In this document: in pieces, positions 55,450-64,000 of the stretch | Layout: every line of letters starts with the position of its first letter | Position numbering within the stretch: the stretch's first letter is position 1 | Source: Camelus ferus | Lineage: Eukaryota | Direction of reading: 5' to 3' | NCBI RefSeq assembly: GCF_009834535.1 | Contig: NC_045696.1 | Span: 85,500,001-85,564,000, forward strand | DNA: 64,000 nt | The notes under the pieces: model-generated | The model's input: only the letters and a program-made list of their open reading frames with translations | What the model was told of the DNA's origin: nothing | The model's database searches: none | Made by a program: the position numbers and the translations under genes

Positions 55450-55626
55450 ATCTTTATATATGATCAGCCAGAGATAACTGATGATATCAGTCTTCAGATA
55501 TGGACTCAACAGGACTGTGACCCTTAGGAATAAAACAATGGAGTTATCAGAAACATTTGTGTTACACTGAAACATTTCCCCACAATTATAAAATGACCTT
55601 ATCTTTCAGTAGGAGGATTGGTTTAT
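55450..55626 (-). pseudogene. Pseudo-exon (C-linker-like); donor position uncertain
   Basis: attttcag acceptor, phase 0: INQSSY*KIRSFYNCGEMFQCNTNVSDNSIVLFLRVTVLLSPYLKTDIISYLWLIIYKD (cf. C-linker LP..LR.DI). Confidence 0.55.
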
Positions 55627-56276
55627 CTGAAAATAATTTTCAGAAATTTAAAGGAATTTTTGTTCTATTTATTCTTCCAGTTTTATTGAGGTGTAACTGA
55701 CATACAGTACTGTGTAAGTTTAAGGCATGATAGTTGGACTTACACATATCATGAAATAATTACCATGGTAAGCTGAGTAAATTTCCATCATTTCATATAC
55801 ATACAAAATAAGTATTTTTTTCCTTGTGATGAGAATTCTTAGGATTTACTTTAAATCTGTAAAAATGATTTTAAAATCGGGTGTATTGCAAAAAAACCCC
55901 ACAGTTCTGTCTGTCTTGTCATTTAACATCCATATGAAGAGTAAATAGACTGTTTATGGGAAAAAGTGAATATAAATTTCACAACTAAACAAAGTAACAT
56001 CATCTTTAATATTCAAAGAAAATTCAGATAGTATTAGTCATTAGCCATTAGCTGCATTATTTTGTCTACTTCAATTAAAATTTTAGATTTAAAAATTTTA
56101 AAACTTTGTGTTATTCAATAATATTGCAGTTTAATTCTGTATTTACTTGGCAGATTGTCACGTTTTGTTCTAAATGAGCTTACATTAATTTGAGACATGA
56201 AATGGGTAATCTGCTAGTTTTTTTTAACAATGCAACTGAAAACCATTTTGGTTCAGTTTGTGACACATTTTCATAC

Positions 56277-56513
56277 GAGTTTCCATCTGGAGGCCCTCTC
56301 AAAAATTTTTAACGGCCTCATTATTTCATTTAAAAGTTTTGTAGGGGATTTTTAAAAGCACTCTGAAACATCATGATTTGTCACAGGGTAATCTTAGAGC
56401 ACATGAGCAGTACCATACAGCAGGGAAAGAATGCTGGGCAGGAAGCACTTTGCAACAGGCTGTGAACTAGTGAGCTTCTATGATTTCTTTGACAGAAATA
56501 CTTCTAAACTACA
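56277..56513 (-). pseudogene. Pseudo-exon
   Basis: attcag acceptor, GTATGA donor, 237 nt, phase 0>0, 3 stops: CSLEVFLSKKS*KLTSSQPVAKCFLPSILSLLYGTAHVL*DYPVTNHDVSECF*KSPTKLLNEIMRPLKIFERASRWKL. Confidence 0.55.
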
Positions 56514-57074
56514 CTGAATATAAGTCCCTGCCTCCTGACTTCATGGCAAAAAGTTTATACTAGATCATACCAAAATTTATAAGGGATTATGCATAATTCT
56601 AGTGTGCATGTATATGAGTAGTATTAATTTTTATCCATATTTTTCCTCAAAAGTGCATTAATAGTTCAAATTGAGAGATAGTTGTGAAGAAAATATTCCT
56701 CTCTAAACATTAGATTTTTAATTATATCAGTGAATAATTAGAGTACTGATATGCACACCATCCTAAAGAAGCATAAGGACTCTGATGTCACCAGATCTGA
56801 TTCTATCTTGACTGAATATATTACAATATATAGAGAAAGCATGTCTTTAAGAAAGAGAATTAGCTAGATGTGAAATAAATCTAAAATCACTGAGCACTTA
56901 CTACATTTCAAGCAATAGTCTAAGCTCTTTAGAATATCTTTCACTTAATCCTCACACAAACAAAATGAAATAAATATTATTATAATCATATTAAAACTGA
57001 AGCACAAAGGAAAAGGAACTTGCCAACAGCTACACAGTTGGTAAGTGCTAAAACCAGGTCAGAAAAAGAGTCAC

Positions 57075-57296
57075 AGTGGACAAATTTTCAGGGATCATCC
57101 TAGCACAGTTCAGAGTAAACATAATCCTATCCAATTGACTTGGAGTGTTTCATTCCATAGGCAAAGCTATTCCTACTGTGGTGCTAATAGAGATCAGGTT
57201 ATCTGAATCTGTTGTCATTAGATATTCTTTCTTTCTAATGAAATCCACTTGTTCAGAATCCATACTTGCCAAGCAGTTTATAACCTGGTTTTCCAT
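57075..57296 (-). pseudogene. Pseudo-exon (pore-helix/S6-like)
   Basis: ccttatag acceptor, GTGACT donor, 222 nt, phase 0>0, one TGA: MENQVINCLASMDSEQVDFIRKKEYLMTTDSDNLISISTTVGIALPME*NTPSQLDRIMFTLNCARMIPENLST. Confidence 0.65.
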
Positions 57297-57898
57297 CTAT
57301 AAGGATACAGCTCAATATGTTGAAATAAGTATTCTGATAGGTTTGATAGTATTCTGATAGTTTTGATAGTTATTTCTTACTATAAATTTATAAACTGCCA
57401 TTGTAAATGTATAGGCAATCGTTTGTAACAAGCATGTTTTCACTCAAAAGTAACAGAATACAGGCCAATGGTGGCTACAACATAGGGGTTAATCTTTTCT
57501 CTTATAACAAAAGACTAAAGATAGATAGATGCTGGTGTTGGTTTCATAGCTTGCCGTGCCAGGATCCAAAGTCTCTGAGATTAAGTTAACATTTTCCTCA
57601 CAGTCACAAGATTGTTACCTCAGCTCAAGGCACCAAGTCAGCATTCAGGGAAAGAATTAAGAGGAAGAGTCTGTGTCTCTGATACCTGGATATTTTGTCA
57701 GGAAAGAGAAAGTTTTTCCAGAAATTCCTTGGCACACATTGGCCAGAACTATTTAACATGTCCAATCCTACAAGTAAAAATATTGAAAAAAAAGGATAGT
57801 TTATGTTTTCCAGTTTATATAGCAGGGAGGAGAGAGAAGCAAGTTGGAAAATTGTGCTGCATTAGCCAAATTAGAATGACACTTAAGAGACAGACTGC

Positions 57899-57974
57899 CT
57901 CTAGTATTGTTGACACATTTGGGTTCCGGGTCTATAGGTGAATAGCAGACACTGCCTATGATAGATACACCAAC
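57899..57974 (-). pseudogene. Pseudo-exon (S5-like)
   Basis: ctttccttcag acceptor, GC donor, 76 nt, phase 2>0: LVYLS*AVSAIHL*TRNPNVSTILE. An alternative frame is open, so the reading is ambiguous. Confidence 0.5.
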
Positions 57975-58129
57975 CTGAAGGAAAGCACCCATGAGAGACA
58001 GCAAAGGCTAGCTTTTCCTGGCATCACTTCTACAATACATTTTCATCCATTCTGTAATTTCCGAAATTACAGTTGAAAATTCCAAGTAACCAATTGTTAC
58101 TACAGTAGAAATATTTTTCTTGTAATTAT

Positions 58130-58327
58130 TATGATGTTCTATCAAATTCATTTTTCCATATCCAAGTATCTATGGTTCCAAAGTGGATTCATAAGAGCAG
58201 AGCACACCAAATTCTGGGCAAGTACAAAATTGGTGGGGCACTGTGACCAACCAGAATTTTATTTACATGAACCCCTGTGAATCCCATGGGAAAGATAGTA
58301 GAGTACTGTCATTGCTGAAGCACATTA
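58130..58327 (-). pseudogene. Pseudo-exon (S3-S4-like)
   Basis: atttttag acceptor, donor ATAATT (mutated), 198 nt, phase 2>2: NVLQQ*QYSTIFPMGFTGVHVNKILVGHSAPPILYLPRIWCALLL*IHFGTIDTWIWKNEFDRTS. Confidence 0.65.
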
Positions 58328-58440
58328 CTAAAAATTAAGGAAGAAAAAAAATGACTCTCATTGACTAGGGCATAAAAAATGGGAAAGAAATCCCACTTGA
58401 GGTACGGAGCGCAGGTGCATGGTCTGAAGATGCTGGTGGG

Positions 58441-59153
58441 TGCGGGAGAAGGAATGATTTTGAGAGTAGCAGTCAGTCAGCATAAAATCGGTGATCTGAC
58501 TTATTCTCAAGGTCCTAGAAACAAAGGAACTGTAACCAATTTAAAGAACCAACTGTTAGAGCAGGCATATAGCTAGATATGAGCAGGGAAAGGGGGGCAA
58601 GAACCATCTGGCAGAAAAACCATACATCTTGTAAACAATGGGCGTCCTTGGGCAAACAAAGAAAAACAGGAACCTCCAGACTGATAGGAAACCACACATT
58701 TTTGGGTGACAAGGATCCTGGAGGCAAAGAAAGGTGGAAGAAGGAGGGAATCTCCAGTCTTCAAATATAACCTTTTGCTCATTATACTCTCATTACAATA
58801 AAATTAGCCTAGCAGATAGAAGTACCCATCATGCACCAATGCCATGACACTTCTGATCAAGAGTAAATAAGGACAAAAATCCCTCCTCTCCTCGGAAGGG
58901 TAAAGCTGGGGTGAAAAATCAAGAAATACTACTGCAAACTCATCCCTCCCCAATGAATATTCCACCCATGCATTTTCATACCCCATATAGTCAGCTTGCC
59001 AAAGAATTTCAGGGCAGCTACTCACCTAAGACTGCCTGCTCTCCCCTTGAAAGCATACTATCGCTTAATATACCCTTGTTTTGCTTTCTTGACATCTGTG
59101 TCTCACCTCCGAATTCATTCTGTGATGAGACAAGAACCTACTCTCTGGTAACA
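58441..59153 (+). mobile_element. ERV1-type solo LTR (5' boundary approximate)
   Basis: aatattccaccc motif, degenerate polyA signal cttaatataccc, ccgaattcattctgtgatgagacaagaacc, terminal ggtaaca. Confidence 0.75.
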
Positions 59154-59378
59154 CAATGAAATGAAAATGCTCTGTGACTCAAGATCATTCTACTATTCTC
59201 TTCATTCTATTCACAAACTAGTGTTTTCAAGCTGCTAGTAAATACTAGTTACTTAATAAATGTTTGATATATAAATACATATATGCATATATACATAATA
59301 CATATAATATATAAACATATGTGTATCTATATAATATATGAACATGGATAGCTACAAATTCTCTTGAACTAAAAATAC

Positions 59379-59531
59379 AAAGAAGCTCAATAGGATGGTC
59401 TCATGAATCTGAGGATTATCTTTCTATGATTTTGAGACATGCTAAGTGGACACTGAAGAATAAGCTACGGTACTGCCAGTAGGAACAATCGCTAGGTAAA
59501 GGCTTTCATATTAACGAATGGGTCTCAGGAT
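59379..59531 (-). pseudogene. Pseudo-exon (S2-S3 loop-like)
   Basis: ccttttctgcag acceptor, GTATTT donor, 153 nt symmetric; phase-2 frame S*DPFVNMKAFT*RLFLLAVP*LILQCPLSMSQNHRKIILRFMRPS (cf. DIFVNFRT...D.KKIA.RYLR). Confidence 0.6.
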
Positions 59532-59649
59532 CTGCAGAAAAGGAGACAAGGGATTTGTAGTATAATGGTTAAGAACACAGGCTTTGGATATAAATAAGAT
59601 TAGTTTGAATCTAGGTTCTTCCAGTAACTGTGATCTTGGTCAACTAACT

Positions 59650-60071
59650 TTGTTATGGACATAGAGATGCTCTGCCCAGATGCACTGTCACAGAAGGACT
59701 TCTTGCTCAGCTATTGAAAGTGCTGTTGGCAGAACGCCTGCAGCTGTCAGCCCTTACCGGATTGTTTGAGCTGCCCATATACTTCTCCCAAGGTCACACC
59801 CTTCCTGGAGGCCACATCCATTCACTGTTGGAGGCAGGACTATAAATGTGGAACCATTTCAATTTCAGTTCAACCAGGGATGATACTGATAGCACAGTTT
59901 CAGTTCCAGAGCTCCCTATAATGTCCACTGAGGCTGTCCAACCTGCATCAAAGCTGGACTTTTCCCTCTTCTCCTTTTCACAAATATCAATTTCAAAATC
60001 CATTCCTAATAAATATCTTGCACCCTACACTTCATCTCAGGTCGGCTTCCTGGAGAACTCAACCTGTGACA
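59650..60071 (+). mobile_element. ERVL solo LTR (LTR16-like) inserted into a MIR
   Basis: cctaataaatatcttgcacc...tcggcttcctggagaactcaacctgtgaca end; TSD taact at 59645-59649 and 60072-60076. Confidence 0.8.
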
Positions 60072-60545
60072 TAACTCACCCAGGGTACCCTTAGTTTTTC
60101 TCATTTGAAAAGTGAATACTGGTAACAATGCCAGTCTCATATTTTGGAGTTTTTTATTTTGTTAACAAGTTGAAGCAAGAGATACTGTTCTGATCATTTT
60201 ACTCATGTTTTGCTACTGTACCCCCAGGCTAGTTAGAGAATTTGTGAGAAATAAATCACAGAAATAAAAATTAGTCTAATATCATATGAGTCAATTGTTT
60301 AGGGTTTAACTTGACATAGATAGCGTCATGATATCAGATTTTTGTTTGCTTTGGTTTAATACTCTGAAATAAATATTAACACCTCTTTTTATTCATCTTG
60401 GCATTTATAATCAGAAATTTTGTCACAGTGACACTATAATAATATAAATTACTAAATTTTTCTTCCAGAAATGATTTTTAAATGAAAACAGCTTCTTTGT
60501 TGCAGTACTTTCTGATAACTACTTTATTGTAGAACCACTACTTAC

Positions 60546-60933
60546 TTTCAACCATAACTGATACTTTAGATATTTTTAAAATTTCATTATATAATTAGAT
60601 TATAACTACTTATGACATTGTTTAATAAGAACACAGTCTCCTTTTTTTTTAACATTCTGTTGACTAATTTTAGATGTTTGTGATTTTTTGAATATTTCTA
60701 TTTGTTAGAGGAGACACACAGGTCTTTGAATTCATTTTAAAAAGTGGAATTCCAGATTCTGGGCAGTAAACTACAATTACCACCACTGTTACTGTACTTC
60801 TTTTTTATCAAATATCACCAGAGGCAGTAGAAAAATTTAAAGGTAAATTCACTGGTGAGTTATTGTAACTATTATCAAGAACAAAGACTATCTTTAGTAT
60901 ATTTAAAAATCTCATTCCCAGAGGCATGGAAAC
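60546..60933 (-). pseudogene. Pseudo-exon (CNBD beta-roll-like)
   Basis: GTAAGT donor; acceptor apparently mutated. VSMPLGMRFLNILKIVFVLDNSYNNSPVNLPLNFSTASGDI**KRSTVTVVVIVVYCPESG... (cf. CNBD FGEI...RRTASVRAVTYC). The 3' part has many stops. Confidence 0.5.
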
Positions 60934-61697
60934 ATATAAAGAAAATGAATGACACTATGTTATTACATTCAGAATATATGGTCTAATTTGAAAGATGATA
61001 TAGTTAAATAAATTAAAAGGATATATCAGATCAAATGAAAAACTGTACCCACTATTATAGCAAATCTTCAAACAAATATGGGAGCTTATTATCTATAAAA
61101 CTGCATGCTAGGCACTTCAGGGAATATAAAGATGAGTAAGATTACAATTTACTACGCAGGGAAGAAAGTGTACAAAAATCAGGATATAGTAAGAATACGA
61201 AATGAAGGATATGTTAAGTATAAAAAATATTGACAAATGCTAGCAGGGAACAATAGAGGAAGAAATCATATGTGTTTGGTTGAGAATTTAAAAAAGAATG
61301 GAGAAAACAGCTTTCACAAATGGCATCTATAATTTCAGCATTTAGGATGGGGGAAAGGCAAAGTGGGGAAAGACTATTAACCAAAGGAAAAACATGAACA
61401 GGTGTTTAATGCTCAGGATTACACAAAGGAAAACGGGCAACAGAAAACAGTAAAGTTGAGAATTCAGGATATGTTTAAAGAAGTAGTCGGAGATGAATGT
61501 AGAAGAGATGATTAAGTGATAAATTATTATTGAATAAAGATATACATTCATATAAATGTGTTATATTCTAAATTTAAGAATATATCCTTAATAAATACGT
61601 GTGTTGGCCTGATTTTATACACAGACCTACTCAGAACAAGAGAAAGTGAACTGTAAAGTGATTTAAAACAAACAAACAGACAAACAAACAGACTCAT

Positions 61698-61765
61698 ATT
61701 CCCATTGGCTTCCGTAGGAGACATACTGCTAAAGGGGATGAGGATAGAAAAGGTGGATTGCCAAG
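61698..61765 (-). pseudogene. Pseudo-exon
   Basis: ttttatag acceptor, donor ATGAGT (mutated GTGAGT), 68 nt, phase 1>0, open: WQSTFSILIPFSSMSPTEANGN. Confidence 0.5.
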
Positions 61766-61949
61766 CTATAAAACAGTAACATCTTCATATTCATCCTGTT
61801 TCATCCTATTTAAACCTCCAATACTCCTTGCAAATGTGTGTGCTTGCAACCTTGAAAGCCGAGCCTCTCCCTGAGGCCTCAAATTCAAATCAGGCTGTTT
61901 GTGATCCTTTCAGAAGTTTTGCAACCTGACTACTTCAGCTAAAACAAAA

Positions 61950-63230
61950 CAAACACCTGGATCATTTTTCTTCTTTTTCAATGTTCCTCATCATCCTTTC
62001 AATTCCATTTTTCCTATTGCCAATCCATCATCTACCTAGTAACTTCTTTCCTTAACACCTGTTATGTTTTTCAAGCCCCATATCATATTCTCATCAGCAT
62101 GGACATCACACAGAACCTCTCCAACTTCAAAATATTAAATTAGGTGCTTTTTCTTCATTATTATAAACCTTTATCTTTTCTTTCTTTAGGGTTCACTAAA
62201 TTCCGTCTTTATATTTTCAGTAGCAACTCCTATCACTTAACCCTGTCAATTTACTCAGTTCTTTAATCTCTACTTACAATTAGCTCCAGAACACATCACA
62301 ACATTTATACATTGCATCCACCCTAATCCCAGGTTTTCCCTGAGTTTATTGTTCTTTCTCTGGTTTCAGGCCATGAATTACTGTTGAATAAGATTTAAAT
62401 ATATGAAGCCAAATCCCCCTAAAAAAAGCATGGTATTCATCTCTTACTGGGAACTCATTATTCCAAAACATTATTTATATCACACATTTTTTTTCACTCC
62501 TTAGCATACTCACAAGAAAATAATGCCAAAATTTACACAGCCACGCAGCCTTTAAAATGTCCAATTCACACGTTTAATAACAACTCCCAAGAATAAACTT
62601 CTTCAGGTAACATCCTCTCAAACTCAGAAAACTACTTTTACTGTATTGATCTTTTATCATTTGGTCTCAGAGAAAGAGGTATGTTTCTTCCCAATATTTA
62701 TAATTAAAGTGTTTGCTTTACCATACACTTAGCCCCTGCCTCGCCAATGTCTATTCCTCAAAACTGCATGTTTACCTGAGTGTTCCACTACAAATTCTAT
62801 TAAGACAAAAATCTAACTCATCATCTTACTCTCCTCTCTTTTCATATGCTTAACATAGTCAACCAGTCTCAGCTTTCAGATTTTTCACTTGCCTTCACAT
62901 CATTGTCAAGTTCTTTAAAATCTACTTACACAGTGTGTATATATACATGTAATTATACTGTCCTCTACCTCTTTTCATTTCTGCTGCCACTAGAACTCTA
63001 AAGGCAGGACTCATGAGCTATTTTGACTTCAATGTTGCAAAAACCTCTTAACTAGTTTGATTCTGCTCTTATTTCTCTTCCATATATTATTGCCAAATTA
63101 ATCTTCTGAAAACAATGCACTATTACACTATTTGCTTCCTTGACAGGACATCATTTGCCAAATAGTCTCAATTCGTTAGTCTGATATTAAGACTCTCCTG
63201 AATTTGTTGGCTGTATTTTTAGAATTATAC
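61950..63230 (+). mobile_element. Degenerate L2 fragments
   Basis: Pyrimidine-rich L2-like motifs (aaatctaactcatcatctt, aaacctcttaactag, ttcttctgaaaacaat-like). Confidence 0.5.
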
Positions 63231-63265
63231 ACCATTTCTCAAAATGAGTTTTATATTCCACTCAC

Positions 63266-63429
63266 ACAGGAATGATCACTCAGTACACAGTCTCATAGTG
63301 GACACTGTGCTTTTACAGCTGTCCAGCACATTTAAAATAAGCTTTATATGTTGAAAGGAATTTCCTAATTTATGATTCCAGTCTCCATTGCTGTCAAGGA
63401 ACACGTATGATTCCTTAATCAGACAGTGA
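63266..63429 (-). pseudogene. Pseudo-exon (CNBD N-terminal part)
   Basis: AAG acceptor, GTGAGT donor, 164 nt, phase 2>1: HCLIKESYVFLDSNGDWNHKLGNSFQHIKLILNVLDSCKSTVSTMRLCTE*SFL. Confidence 0.65.
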
Positions 63430-64000
63430 CTTGACATAAAGAAGAGAAGGATAAGAAAAGAAAGGTACTGCGTGAAACAAATTCAGATCAGTGGGCTGAT
63501 GAGACAGCATTCAAAGGCAAAAATAGAAGCTTTTCTCCATAAAAGTCTCAATTTAGTGTTCTGTACTATTTTTAAAATTATAACCTCTTCTTAATCTCTT
63601 CAATTTGGTTTATTTACTCAAAGTATATGAACATGTACTTAAAATCTCAAATTACTTTTCTATTGACTAATGACATGTACTCTTTTAGGTTTTAGTTCTT
63701 GTAAATCTTACTGCCATATGTAACCAACTCTTCATTCATGAAAAAGATCTTTTTACCTAAAACAGTTCGTTGACCTGGCCAGTCATTAACTTTCTGATCC
63801 TTTACAATCTCTCCTCACTAACCTCCCAAATGTGGGTATCTCCTGAAGCTCAAAGAAAAATTACTGTTCTTGCTCTACATTTCTTTGCATGTTGATTTAA
63901 TCTGCATTAGTGACTATATACTGATAATGCTAAAAATATACTTTTCTCTGATTTCTCCTCTTAGTTTCTGTCATATTTCTCCATATCTTTCAAAATATTG

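Larger units (their letters stand above)
1..63429 (-). pseudogene. Large unprocessed multi-exon pseudogene; multi-repeat CNG/KCNH-superfamily channel (CNGK/tetraKCNG-like), open at both window ends
   Basis: About 40 minus-strand segments are bounded by polypyrimidine+AG and GT(A/G)AG-like sites. Lengths and phases chain correctly over long runs (e.g. 43984>43092>41435>41290>40373 and 30489>28411>28040>27452>22827>22682). Frames are open except for isolated stops. Peptides resemble S2-S3 loop, S4, pore (STTVG; LGDFYPKS), C-linker and CNBD motifs. The family call is by manual comparison only. Confidence 0.75.

Noticed and set aside
57328..57367. 20-bp tandem duplication agtattctgatag(g/t)tttgat
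   Set aside because: Ordinary intronic slippage duplication.
58379..59159. Cluster of overlapping ORFs on both strands
   Set aside because: Lies in a GC-richer ERV LTR; no recognisable protein.
59794..60094. Two overlapping ORFs
   Set aside because: Inside an LTR16-like solo LTR.
60880..60910. IVFVLDNS resembling a VWA MIDAS strand
   Set aside because: DxSxS is incomplete and the context fits a CNBD beta-roll better.
1..64000. CRISPR arrays, rRNA/tRNA genes, CpG-island promoter
   Set aside because: None seen; the sequence is CpG-depleted mammalian DNA.

Overview
AT-rich mammalian genomic DNA. A camelid-like origin is inferred from the young L1 3' UTRs and the lack of ruminant, pig or primate SINEs. 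There is no intact protein-coding gene, and most listed ORFs are L1 fragments or noise. About half the window is transposon-derived (L1, L2, MIR, MaLR/ERVL/ERV1 LTRs, hAT MITEs). The main result is a large, decayed multi-exon gene on the minus strand that runs across the whole window and off both ends. It has about 40 candidate exons with AG/GT splice signals, mostly compatible intron phases, and scattered stop codons and frameshifts. By manual motif comparison, the reconstructed peptide looks like about 5-6 tandem modules of a voltage-gated-type cyclic-nucleotide channel (S1-S6, pore, C-linker, CNBD). That suggests a fossil CNGK/tetraKCNG-like sperm channel, a family generally reported as absent from mammals. 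The family assignment is by eye and needs profile searches. Smaller oddities: a ~310-bp local templated insertion inside a 5'-inverted L1, an 11-bp frameshifting duplication, and a GC-rich orphan insert.
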